From contig CAWJCS010000004.1 in assembly GCA_963841435.1 (NCBI GenBank), positions 352,001 to 416,000 on the forward strand: 64,000 bases of DNA, given 5' to 3'. The stretch's first letter is position 1. Every line of letters begins with the position of its first letter. Source of the DNA: an uncultured delta proteobacterium (lineage in GTDB: Bacteria > Myxococcota_A > Polyangia > Polyangiales > Polyangiaceae). The notes beneath the pieces are model-generated. The model saw only the letters and a list, made by a program, of their open reading frames with translations. It ran no database searches and had not been told where the DNA came from. Shown one piece after another: positions 20,924 to 31,901 of the stretch. The position numbers and the translations under genes are program-made.

Positions 20924-21531
20924 AGCCCCGAGGGTTGTCGCACCGCGCTTGCCTGCGTCACCACGTGGTACGTGCCGTCCTGAATCGCCGCGGAGATCGC
21001 CGCGATCGTCAACGGCGCGGTGCTCGTGCAATCGCCGGTGACGCGGGTGGCGCCGTCGCGCGGCCAGAACACGCGCACTTCCGTGCGAATCAGTCCGTTG
21101 CCCTGGCGGCCGCCCGCCGTGGCGTCGCGATACAGCCAGGTGAGTCGGATGTGCGCGCAGAAGTCGCCGCCGACGGCCATGGGCGCACCCAGCGGATCGA
21201 AGCCGGGCCCGAAGTTGCGCGTCGAGTCGTAGTCCGGCAACTGCCAGGCGCCGTTCATGTTGGCGTTGTTGACGGTGCCGAGCCAAGCCATCGTGCCCCC
21301 GACGGTCGTCTGCCAGCGCGTGCCGTCGGCCGCGAGCTGTCCGAGCCAGGCCTCCGCGATGCCGTTCGCCACGCCTATGTTCTTGCCGAGCTGGTTCGCC
21401 GTGACCGTCGCGCGTTGCATGGCGATCACTCCGGTGACGCCGGTCGCGAACACGGCGAGCGCCATCATCAGCTCCACCACGGTGTAGCCTGGCACGCGCC
21501 GCCGAGCGCGAGAGACCCGACTCGGCTTCAT
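20917..21531 (-). CDS. pilV: PilV-like minor pilin
   Basis: G-YTVVELMMALAVFATGVTGVIAMQ; 'TEVRVFW' C-terminal motif; operon position. Confidence 0.82.
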   Translation of the reverse strand: MKPSRVSRARRRVPGYTVVELMMALAVFATGVTGVIAMQRATVTANQLGKNIGVANGIAEAWLGQLAADGTRWQTTVGGTMAWLGTVNNANMNGAWQLPDYDSTRNFGPGFDPLGAPMAVGGDFCAHIRLTWLYRDATAGGRQGNGLIRTEVRVFWPRDGATRVTGDCTSTAPLTIAAISAAIQDGTYHVVTQASAVRQPSGLW

Positions 21532-22187
21532 AGCGCCAACCTCGCCGTGCCGTTCGGCAGCACGAGGACGTCGTAAGTACGGTTGGCGCCGGTCACGCCG
21601 ATCGTGACCACGGTGTTGAGCGCCGCCCAGCTCGCCGGCGTGAAGGTTCCCGCCGTGTCAACGTAAGCGCGGCCGCCGGGGCTGAAGCACACGCTCATGG
21701 GGTTGCCGCCCGACACCGCACTCGTGCCGACCAGCGCCGTCGTGCTGACGCCCGCATCGACCGTGATGTTCGAGAGCAGCCGTGCCGTGCCGATGGAACC
21801 TGCGCTTCCTAGATTGCCCCAGTTGTTCGTGAGGCAGCCGCGCGTGGGCAGGTTGCCGCATTGCGCGCGTTCCGCGGTGGCGCCCGCCGTGTCACCCTCG
21901 ACGCCTTCGAGGACCTGCAGGGTGGCGGTGCCTGGCCCGCTGCCGGGGTCGAACGTCACGACGATGGAGGCGCCGCGGCCGAGCGCCCGCGTTCGGGCGC
22001 CGCGGTACACTTCGGCCACCGTGTGGGCCTGCTGCTGGACCCGTGCCTGCCGAAAGCGGGCCGAGAACAGCGGAACCGCGATCACCGCCAGAATCGCGAT
22101 GATGACGACCACGACCATCAGCTCGATGAGCGTGAAACCGCGGCGGGCTGGGCGGGATGTAGGCAGACGGAGCACGGGAGGGGCCAC
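21528..22187 (-). CDS. fimU: FimU/FimT (GspH-like) minor pilin
   Basis: RRG-FTLIELMVVVVIIAILAVIAVP, 'ARTRAL' and 'VCFSPGG'. Confidence 0.82.
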   Translation of the reverse strand: MAPPVLRLPTSRPARRGFTLIELMVVVVIIAILAVIAVPLFSARFRQARVQQQAHTVAEVYRGARTRALGRGASIVVTFDPGSGPGTATLQVLEGVEGDTAGATAERAQCGNLPTRGCLTNNWGNLGSAGSIGTARLLSNITVDAGVSTTALVGTSAVSGGNPMSVCFSPGGRAYVDTAGTFTPASWAALNTVVTIGVTGANRTYDVLVLPNGTARLAL

Positions 22188-22196
22188 GAGCTATGC

Positions 22197-22213
22197 AGCA
22201 AGGGGCATGCCGA
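22197..22213 (-). promoter_or_regulatory. Sigma54 (-24/-12) promoter of the minor pilin operon
   Basis: Minus strand TCGGCATGCCCCTTGCT: GG-N10-GC, close to consensus TGGCACG-N4-TTGCW. Confidence 0.75.
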
Positions 22214-22225
22214 GACCCCAATCTG

Positions 22226-22238
22226 TAAATGTCTGATT
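22226..22238 (-). promoter_or_regulatory. IHF binding site
   Basis: Minus strand AATCAGACATTTA matches WATCARNNNNTTR, inside an AT-rich patch just upstream of the sigma54 motif. Confidence 0.65.
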
Positions 22239-22340
22239 CAAAAGGACATATTTCATCGTGCCGAGGGCCCGATGCGGTAACGATTGCGGCGGTATGAAAC
22301 GGTTGCGAGGCGAGGGGAGGTGGTAAGGGCGAGGCGACTC

Positions 22341-23423
22341 GTGCCGAGGTCGCTCCTTGTCTGCCTGGCTTTCGTGGTCGCCGCCTGCCGCGGCGGGGTC
22401 GAGGACCGCTCGGTCACCCGCCCCTCGCCGAGCGCAAGTGCTCGCCCGAGCCCGTCGCCCTGCGCGTCACCGAGCTTTGCGCCCGGCGACCCCGAAGTGA
22501 CGGCCTGGTTCCCCGTTCGGGTGGGACAGCTCTGCGTCGACCGGAACGCGGTGCCACGTCGCTTCGGGGGTACGGGTGAGCCCGCGCTCGAAACGGGCTG
22601 CGAGTCGGTGGGGCTCGATTGCACGCTGCTCGAACGCCTCGGTCTCTCGCGCATCGTGAGCCTGCGCTACCTGGACCAGCGCGGCGCCGGGACCGGGGTC
22701 CTCGCCAGCGTCCTCGCGTTCCGCGACGCCGAGGCTGCCTACGGTTTCTTCACCGACCGCCTCGCGGCGGCAGCCGTCCTCGGCAAGCCCCAGCTGCACG
22801 AGCTGGAGGCGCCGGGCGCCGCCGTGCTCGGCGACACTCGAGCGACCCTCGTGCGAGCAGCGTGGGTGCTTTCGCTCGAGCTCAGCAACACGAAGCTCAC
22901 GCCCGACCAGGTGACGCGCGCGGCTGCGGGCGCGTTGCCCGAGCTGGCGCATGCCGTCGGTGACCGCCTGCCGGGCGACCCGCGACTGCCGGCAGCGCTT
23001 CGCGCACTGCCCGTCGAGCACCGCGTGGCCCTTTCCGAACGCTACGACGCGTTCGATCTCTTCGGCGTCGTCGGGGTCGGCCGCGGCGCGCGCGCCCGCT
23101 ACGTGGACGCGGGAAGGAGCTACGAGCTCGCGGCGCTGGTTCGCGCCGAGCCGGATGCGGCCGGGGACGTGTTGAAGACGCTCCGCAAGTTACCGGGCGC
23201 ATTCAAGATCAAGGATGGCCCCTACGAGTCGCTGCGCTTCAGGCTCGACGACGGCACGGGCGTCCCCACCGAGTGGGTGTTCGGGCGGAAGGGTGCGCTG
23301 GTGCTGGGCGCGGGCGCGGCGGTGGAGCCCACGCTCCGCAAGCGACACGCGCCCAAGCCACCCGATCGGAAGCTCTTGCTGCTCAAGCGAACGCTCGACG
23401 AACGGCGCGGGTCGCCCGACTGA
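22341..23423 (+). CDS. Hypothetical lipoprotein
   Basis: Lipobox VAAC-RG, Pro/Ser linker, globular body; divergent from the pilin operon. Confidence 0.7.
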   Translation: MPRSLLVCLAFVVAACRGGVEDRSVTRPSPSASARPSPSPCASPSFAPGDPEVTAWFPVRVGQLCVDRNAVPRRFGGTGEPALETGCESVGLDCTLLERLGLSRIVSLRYLDQRGAGTGVLASVLAFRDAEAAYGFFTDRLAAAAVLGKPQLHELEAPGAAVLGDTRATLVRAAWVLSLELSNTKLTPDQVTRAAAGALPELAHAVGDRLPGDPRLPAALRALPVEHRVALSERYDAFDLFGVVGVGRGARARYVDAGRSYELAALVRAEPDAAGDVLKTLRKLPGAFKIKDGPYESLRFRLDDGTGVPTEWVFGRKGALVLGAGAAVEPTLRKRHAPKPPDRKLLLLKRTLDERRGSPD

Positions 23424-23484
23424 AACGACCATGCGGCCGGCGCCGGCGCGCTGCCCTTCGCGCCGCGGCGTGGTAGAAAAGAAC

Positions 23485-24630
23485 GTGGACTTCACGTTTT
23501 CCGAGCAGCATGCGCTCCTGCGCTCGACCGTCCGGGATTTCTGCGAGCGTGAGGTGCGACCCCACGCCCGCGAGTGGGACGAAGCGGAGCGCTTTCCGAT
23601 CGAGATCGTTCCACGCCTCGCCTCGCTCGGGCTGCTCGGCATCCGGGTCCCCGAGCAGTACGGCGGCGCGGGCATGGACATCACGGCCTATGCGATCACG
23701 GTCGAAGAGTGCGCGCGCGTCGACGGCTCGCTTGCGCTCACCGTCGCGAGCCACAACGGGCTCGGGCTCGGCCACATCTTGACGTTCGGCAGCGAGGCGC
23801 AGAAGCGCCGGTACCTGCCGCGAGCGGCAGATGGCACGGCGCTCGCGGCCTGGGCGCTCACGGAGCCCGGGTCCGGCTCGGACGCTGCCGCGTTGCGCAC
23901 GACCGCGCGGCGCGATGGCGACGACTGGGTGATCGACGGCACGAAGATGTTCATCACGCAGGGGTCGGTGGGCGGCTTCTGCGTCGTGCTCGCGCGCACC
24001 AACCCCGAAGCGCCGCCGCAGCGCGGTATCACCGCGTTCATCGTCGACACGGACCGGCCGGGTTACTCGGCGAGCAAGAAGCTCAAGAAATACGGCTGCC
24101 GCTCGAGCGACACCGTGGAGATCACCTTCGAGGGCGTCCGAGTGCCCGACGAGCAGCGGCTCGGCGAAATCGATCAGGGCTTTCGCGACACCATGCGCAT
24201 CCTCGACACGGGCCGCATCTCGATCGCTGCGATGGCGCTGGGCCTCGGTCGCGGGGCACTCGCGATGGCGGTCGCGTACGCCAAGCAGCGCGCCGCGTTC
24301 GGACACCCCATCGCGGATTTCCAGGGCGTGCAGTGGCTCCTCGCGGACGCCAAGACGGCGCTGGATGCGGCCGAGCTACTCGTGTATCGCGCGGCCTGGC
24401 TCGCCGATCGGGGCGAGCGCTACACGGAGCAGGCGTCGATCGCCAAGCTCTTCGCGAGCGAAGCTGCGACCAAGGTGTGCAACGACGCCCTGCAGATCCA
24501 CGGCGGCTACGGCTACACGCGCGAGTTCGACATCGAGCGCCACTTGCGCGACGTGAAGCTTTGCGAGATCGGGGAGGGCACGAGCCAGGTGCAGCGCATG
24601 GTGATCGCCAAACACCTGTTGCGCGACTGA
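23485..24630 (+). CDS. Acyl-CoA dehydrogenase
   Basis: ALTEPGSGSDA, GTKMFITQG, QIHGGYGY and EIGEGTSQVQR. Confidence 0.95.
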   Translation: MDFTFSEQHALLRSTVRDFCEREVRPHAREWDEAERFPIEIVPRLASLGLLGIRVPEQYGGAGMDITAYAITVEECARVDGSLALTVASHNGLGLGHILTFGSEAQKRRYLPRAADGTALAAWALTEPGSGSDAAALRTTARRDGDDWVIDGTKMFITQGSVGGFCVVLARTNPEAPPQRGITAFIVDTDRPGYSASKKLKKYGCRSSDTVEITFEGVRVPDEQRLGEIDQGFRDTMRILDTGRISIAAMALGLGRGALAMAVAYAKQRAAFGHPIADFQGVQWLLADAKTALDAAELLVYRAAWLADRGERYTEQASIAKLFASEAATKVCNDALQIHGGYGYTREFDIERHLRDVKLCEIGEGTSQVQRMVIAKHLLRD

Positions 24631-24654
24631 ACGCACGCTGCGCTCGGGCGAGCG

Positions 24655-25170
24655 CTACTCCGTGCGCTGGATGACGTGGAAACCGAACGAGGTTTCCACG
24701 ATGTCAGAGATGCCCCCCGGCTCGAGCGCGAACGCCGCGTTCGAGAACTCCTTCACCATCATGTGGCGGTCGAAGCGGCCGAGATCGCCGCCGCGCTCCC
24801 CGGCACCGGGCTCGTCGGAGTACTCCTTGACGAGGGCGGCAAAATCTTCGCCGGCCCGCGCTCGCTTGAGCGCCTCCTCGGCACGCGCCCGCGCTTCTTC
24901 CTTCGTGCGAGTGATGCCCGGGCCCGCGCGCATCGAACCGACGTACTGCACGAGCAGGTGTCGGGCGCGGATCTCGTCCTTCGTTGGTCGCAGGGGCTTC
25001 GGCGTAGGTGCCGTCGCCTTCCTTTTCCGCGGAGCTCGCACCGGCATTCGGCGGCTCGGGAGGCGCGGCCACGCGCGGTGGGTCGCCCGGGCCTTCGAAG
25101 GTCGTCACGACGCAGGCCGGCGTCACGAGCGAGAGCGTGAAGAGCGTCGCGACCGAGCGGCGCAAGTTCT

Positions 25171-25174
<4 letters not shown>
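24655..25174 (-). CDS. Parvulin-type peptidyl-prolyl isomerase lipoprotein (apparent +1 frameshift near 25021)
   Basis: GTG 25174 overlaps upstream TGA; lipobox [25 protein letters not shown] and GFHVIQR; one extra G joins the two frames ([11 protein letters not shown]). Confidence 0.85.
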
Positions 25175-26079
<905 letters not shown>

Positions 26080-26083
26080 TGAC

Positions 26084-26935
26084 TCAGGCTCCTAAAATCG
26101 CGCTGACCTCTGCCCACGCGCCAGTGATCACGGGATCGGGCTTATCGTTTGCAAAGGCTTCCAGCGCCACGCGTCCGCTCTCTAGCACGTAGCCGTCGGT
26201 CTTGATGGTCTCTCCGGGCCATACCGGGCGCCGAAACTGCGCGCCGAACGCCTTGATCCGCCGTTCGTCGCCCCCCGCGGCGCCCTGCAACAGGGCGCGA
26301 CCGACGATGCCGAAGGTGCAGAGGCCGTGCAGGATCGGGCCCTCGGAAAAACCGACGGCCTTGGCGAAATCCGGGTCCGCGTGAAGTGGATTCAGGTCGC
26401 CCGACAGGCGGTAAAGCAGCGCCTGCTCCGGGTTCGTCGGCGACGCGATGCGAAAGTCCGGGGGCCGCTCGGGGATCTTGGGAATGTCCGCCTTGGGTGG
26501 GCGCTTTCCCCCGAAGCCACCGGCATCGCGTACGAGCAGCGACCACTCCGTCTCGAAGCAAAGCTCGCCGCCGAGCGTGGTCTCAGTGCCGATCACGAGC
26601 TGTGCGAGCTTCTTCATGTCGTAGATGCCCTTGACGAAGCCGACGCTGTCGAGCTTGCCCGATGCTGGGATCTCTCGGTGCAGGCGGACGACCTGGCTTC
26701 CGTGCACCAAGCGCGTCATGTCCGCCTGAGTGCGCTCGAAGAGCGCCGCGACCGCGGGGTAGCTCGGCACCACCGCAAAGGTCGGCAGAACGCGCGGCCC
26801 GCGCCCCTCGTACAGGAACTCGAGCTCGTCGCGAGTGGCGCCCACGCCGAGCGCGTAGAGCACCGTCGTCTTCCAATCGTACTCGAACGAGAACGCTTCG
26901 GTTCGCTGACCGACGGTGGAAAGGTTCAAGCTCAT
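26084..26935 (-). CDS. MaoC-family (R)-enoyl-CoA hydratase, double hot-dog (hydratase-2 type)
   Basis: LYALGVGA, VHGSQ, and hydratase-2 motif YRLSGDLNPLHADP...PILHGLCTFG. Confidence 0.92.
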   Translation of the reverse strand: MSLNLSTVGQRTEAFSFEYDWKTTVLYALGVGATRDELEFLYEGRGPRVLPTFAVVPSYPAVAALFERTQADMTRLVHGSQVVRLHREIPASGKLDSVGFVKGIYDMKKLAQLVIGTETTLGGELCFETEWSLLVRDAGGFGGKRPPKADIPKIPERPPDFRIASPTNPEQALLYRLSGDLNPLHADPDFAKAVGFSEGPILHGLCTFGIVGRALLQGAAGGDERRIKAFGAQFRRPVWPGETIKTDGYVLESGRVALEAFANDKPDPVITGAWAEVSAILGA

Positions 26936-27135
26936 CACGGCCCCCCCTGCGGGGGCCCGAACGGTTAGCGCGCCCCGGTGCGGGGCGTCAATCGGTGCGG
27001 CCGAGACCGCGCACGGCGGCCTCGCCTGCGAGACCAAAACCCGGCTAGCGTCCTCATTCCGCGATTCCCCATGGAACGGCGGGCGCTTCGCACCCCCTCT
27101 CGCCCCGCGGGCGATTCACCCCGAGACAATGGCTC

Positions 27136-27861
27136 GTGCTCGACCTCGCGTTGCTCGTCCAGCTCCTCGAACGCGTCCTCGGTGCGGATGCTCGGGCCTT
27201 CTTGCTCGCGTGGGCGCGCGCGCTGCCCGTCGTCACACTCGTGCCCGCGTTCGGTCTCGCTGCCGTCGCGCTACCCATACGGGTTGCCCTGGGTGCGGGC
27301 ATGGCGGCGGCCGTCGCCCCGATGATGCGACCGGTGGTCGATGCGAGCTTGCCGTTCTGGCTGCTCTTCGCGGGCGAGCTCGCGCGCGGCGTGCCGCTCG
27401 CCCTCGCCGTGTCGGCATTCCTGTGGGCTGCCATCATGGCGGGCGGCCTCGTGGACAATCTGCGCGGCGCGCGCGAGAGCGCCGAGGTGCCCTTGCTCGA
27501 CGAGCCGTCGTCGCCGATGGCGGCCTTGCTCGGGCTCCTGATGGCCCTCGCTTTCTTCGAGACGGGTGGAGCCGCGCGGCTCGCGGTGGCGCTCGGCGAT
27601 CCCCGGCTCACGAGCACGTTCGCGATCGCCGCGGAACGACTGGCCCAGTCGATGGGCGTGGCCGTGGCCATTGCGGCACCCCTCGCGGTGGGCTCCGTGC
27701 TCGTGGAGGCCGCATCCGGCCTCATCGCGCGTTCGGCGAGCCCCGCGTACGTCTTGCCGCTCGTGGCACCGCTGCGCTCGGTGCTGCTCTTGTTCGTGGT
27801 GTGGCTCTCGCTCGATCGCATCGTCGAGCTCTTGGTGCTGCTCGCCTCGCGTCCCGTCTGA
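27136..27861 (+). CDS. FliR/SctT (EscT/YscT) type III export-gate protein, isolated
   Basis: Very hydrophobic 241 aa; 'AWARALPVVTLVPAFG..VALPIRVAL', 'ELARG.PLA', 'AGGLVDNLRG', 'AIAAP' and 'GLIARSASP..V' follow the Bac_export_1 pattern. Confidence 0.78.
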   Translation: MLDLALLVQLLERVLGADARAFLLAWARALPVVTLVPAFGLAAVALPIRVALGAGMAAAVAPMMRPVVDASLPFWLLFAGELARGVPLALAVSAFLWAAIMAGGLVDNLRGARESAEVPLLDEPSSPMAALLGLLMALAFFETGGAARLAVALGDPRLTSTFAIAAERLAQSMGVAVAIAAPLAVGSVLVEAASGLIARSASPAYVLPLVAPLRSVLLLFVVWLSLDRIVELLVLLASRPV

Positions 27862-27865
27862 GCGC

Positions 27866-28636
27866 TCAGAGCTGCGTGCGGTAGGAAAGCCCCACGCCGA
27901 TCGACAAGACGACATTGCGCCCCGTCAACGACGCTTCGCTACCGAGTGGATCGGTCGCGGGTTTGTGCGGCAAGAACCACTCCGTCAGGCGTAAGGTGCC
28001 GCCGAGCGAGAAGTGTTCGCTGAGCCGCGACGCGAGCCCGAGCCCGAGCCCGAGTGTGCCGCCCTCGGTGCGAATCGTCACGCCGCGCGTACCCAAGAGT
28101 GCCCGTTCGTCCTTCAGGTTGACGACCTGGAACCGATCGTTGACGACCACGAGACCTCCGAGCACCCCCGCCCAGAGCTCGACGGTCTCGCCGACGTACG
28201 GGTAGTAGCGTAGCGAGCCCTCGACGGTCATGTAGCTTCGCGTGTGATCACGCTCGATCTCCGCGGGATCCTGGCGTGGGTGCGCCGTCGGGATCAAACC
28301 GAGCACGAGGCCGGCGCCGAACGCAAAGCGCTGATTCATGCGGTAGAGCTGCCAGGCCTCGAGCGCGAAGCTCACGTCGCCGCGCTTGCAGCCCGCACTG
28401 CGTTCGGCGCACACCTCGGCACGCGGCAACGTCAGCACGCCCACGTTGCCCTCGGCCATGCCCGTCGGGCGATCGATCGCGGCAAAACCCTGCACGAGGC
28501 GCTCGGGGTCGGGGCTGGCGCCCACCGTCATGGTTTCGCTCCCTTTCGTCTGCACGGATGCGCGCTGGGCACCGGCGCCGCCGGCCATGAGCAGGCAGGC
28601 GGCAAGGCTCGCAACGAAACACGCCTTCGGTGTCAT
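27866..28636 (-). CDS. Outer-membrane beta-barrel-like hypothetical protein
   Basis: Signal peptide AGA-Q, amphipathic strands, C-terminal 'LSIGVGLSYRTQL'; ATGA overlap with kinase. Confidence 0.7.
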   Translation of the reverse strand: MTPKACFVASLAACLLMAGGAGAQRASVQTKGSETMTVGASPDPERLVQGFAAIDRPTGMAEGNVGVLTLPRAEVCAERSAGCKRGDVSFALEAWQLYRMNQRFAFGAGLVLGLIPTAHPRQDPAEIERDHTRSYMTVEGSLRYYPYVGETVELWAGVLGGLVVVNDRFQVVNLKDERALLGTRGVTIRTEGGTLGLGLGLASRLSEHFSLGGTLRLTEWFLPHKPATDPLGSEASLTGRNVVLSIGVGLSYRTQL

Positions 28637-29883
28637 GGGCTGCCTCCGGAGCAGCCGCCGACCTGGGTGGCGATGCCGAGCGCCCCGAGCGCTCCGAGCG
28701 CGAAACAGGCGAGCACGATGCCCGCAGGGCGGAGCGTTCGTCGGTGTGCGGGCGGCGCTCGATGGCGCGGGTCGCTCGCCGCGCCGGGAGCCGGCCCGTG
28801 AGGCGCTGCGCTCGGATCGAGGCTGCCAAGCGGGCGCGTGGGCTCACCGGAGCGCGTGCCCAGAGCGCCCACGCCGACGAGGGTCGAGCTCGGCAAGAGC
28901 TCGTCGAGCGCGATGCCGGATGCTGCGGCCGCCGTCGCGAGGGCCCGACCGAACGCGCGCCCGTCGCGCGGGCGCGCGCCAGGATCCTTCGCGAGCGAAA
29001 GCGCGAGGAGCTCGGCGATGGGCCCGGGCACGTCGCGCGCTCGCTCGAACGAGCGCACGTCGGGGGCCTTCGTCTTCGCCTGCTCGACGAGGATCGCGAC
29101 GGGCTTGTCGCCGTCGAAAGGCGTACGGCCTGCGAGACATTCGAAGAGCATCGTGGCGATCGCGTAGACGTCGCCCGCGGGTCCGACCGGTTCGCCGCGG
29201 GCTCCCTCCGGCGACAGGTAGCGCGCCGTGCCCAGGATCGAGCCCGCCTGCGTCTCGAACGAGCCTTCGCGATCGTTCCAGCGAGATAGCCCGAAATCGA
29301 GCAGCTTCACGAAGTCGCCGTCGCCTCCACGGCGCACGAGCATCACGTTCTCGGGCTTGATGTCGCGGTGCACGATGCGGTGATCGTGTGCCTCGCCGAC
29401 GGCGTCGCAGACCTGGAGCAACACGTGGAGCGCGCGGCCTAGCGCGAGCCCACCCCCGGAAGCCTGGAGCGCCGAGCGCAGGCTCAACCCCTCCAGGTAC
29501 TCGAGGGCCAGGTACGGCTCGCCCCCGGGCGCCGCTCCGAGTGAATGCACCTCGACGACGTTCGGGTGGCGGAGATGCGCCGCTGCTCGCGCCTCGCGGT
29601 GAAAGCGCGCGACGAGCACCGGGTTCCCAGCGAGCTCGCGGTGCAGGATCTTGACGGCGACCTTGCGCTCGACCCCCGCCTGGTGCGCCGCGTACACCAT
29701 GGCCATGGCGCCCACCCCGATGAGCGCTTCGATGCGAAGGTCAACCCCCAGCGTGAGCCCGAGGTGGGGATCCGGCTCCGCTGCGGGGCGCGCCGTCACG
29801 GGCGCGCCGTCCAGTGGGCAGAAGGTGACGGAAGCGCCGTAGGCGGCCCCGCACTTCGCGCAGCGCCGTGTGGGGTCGGGCAT
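28633..29883 (-). CDS. Ser/Thr protein kinase with N-terminal zinc ribbon and C-terminal TM
   Basis: CAKC..CPLDG, IGVGAMA, VAVK, HRDIKPEN, DFG and GTARYLSPE. Confidence 0.95.
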   Translation of the reverse strand: MPDPTRRCAKCGAAYGASVTFCPLDGAPVTARPAAEPDPHLGLTLGVDLRIEALIGVGAMAMVYAAHQAGVERKVAVKILHRELAGNPVLVARFHREARAAAHLRHPNVVEVHSLGAAPGGEPYLALEYLEGLSLRSALQASGGGLALGRALHVLLQVCDAVGEAHDHRIVHRDIKPENVMLVRRGGDGDFVKLLDFGLSRWNDREGSFETQAGSILGTARYLSPEGARGEPVGPAGDVYAIATMLFECLAGRTPFDGDKPVAILVEQAKTKAPDVRSFERARDVPGPIAELLALSLAKDPGARPRDGRAFGRALATAAAASGIALDELLPSSTLVGVGALGTRSGEPTRPLGSLDPSAAPHGPAPGAASDPRHRAPPAHRRTLRPAGIVLACFALGALGALGIATQVGGCSGGSP

Positions 29884-30031
29884 GGGCGAGCGGCTCTAGA
29901 GTAGCGAAAACTACGCTCTTTCGCGACGGGGCGTTGGGCGGCGACGGATTTCATCTAATTTTTTGGCAAAGGGCCTCGTTTCCACTTTTCGGGTGGCACG
30001 CGGCGCCTGGGAAACTAGGCTCCCGCCGGCC

Positions 30032-30891
30032 ATGAGCGAGCCGCCCCTTCCCGACGCTCGGGACGCCGTAGCGGAGCCGCCGCCCGCGCCCGGGCCGGCG
30101 TCCGACGCTCCGGCGTCCACGATCGCGACGGGCGCGGGTGGCTACCGAGTGACGCTGCCCACCTTCGAGGGGCCGCTCGACCTGTTGCTGCACCTGATCG
30201 AGGAGCACGAGCTCGACATCTTCGACATCCCGATCGCCTTCGTGGCGGCCAAATTCGTCGAATACGTGACGCTCATGCAAGAGCTGAACATCGACGTCGC
30301 GAGCGAATACCTCGTGATGGCTGCCACGCTCGCCCACATCAAGAGCAAGCAGCTCCTGCCGGTCGAGCCGTCCGACCAGGAAGACGAGCAGGAACCGGAC
30401 CTCGATCCGCGCGCCGAGCTCGTCCGCCGGCTGCTCGAGTACCAAAAGTACAAGCAGGCCGCCAACACGCTCGGCGGCGGCCCGGTGCTCGGCCGGGACG
30501 TGTTCCTGCGCGGCGTGCCGAGCACGGAGACCGAGGCGGTGGCGCCCATCGCGGGACTCAGCCTGTTTCGCTTGCTCGACGCGTTCCAGAGCGTTCTTTC
30601 GCGTGCGAAGGTGACGGTCGACCACCAGATCGACTTCGAGCGCTTTTCGATCACCGACCGCATCAATCAGCTTTCCGAGCTCTTGCGCAGCCGGCGCCGC
30701 CTCGCGTTCGTGGATCTTTTCGAGGGGCAGTCGTCGCGTGCCGAGCTCATCGTCACCTTCTTGGCGCTGCTCGAGATGACGCGCTTGAGGCTCACGCGGC
30801 TGTTCCAAGAAGGGCCGCTGGGCCCGATTGAAGTCGAGCTGTCCGTCTCCGACGACGAGCCGGACACACAGGAAAAGGACAGGGACGATCC

Positions 30892-30895
<4 letters not shown>
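30032..30895 (+). CDS. scpA: Segregation and condensation protein A (kleisin)
   Basis: FEGPLDLLLHLI, EYLVMAATL, LLEYQKYK and VTFLALLE. Confidence 0.96.
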
Positions 30896-31836
<941 letters not shown>

Positions 31837-31901
31837 CGGCCCGCTCTCTCGTTCGGGGGTGTCGGCACGAAACTGGGCCGGTCGGCGCCCGACCGGAATG
31901 C

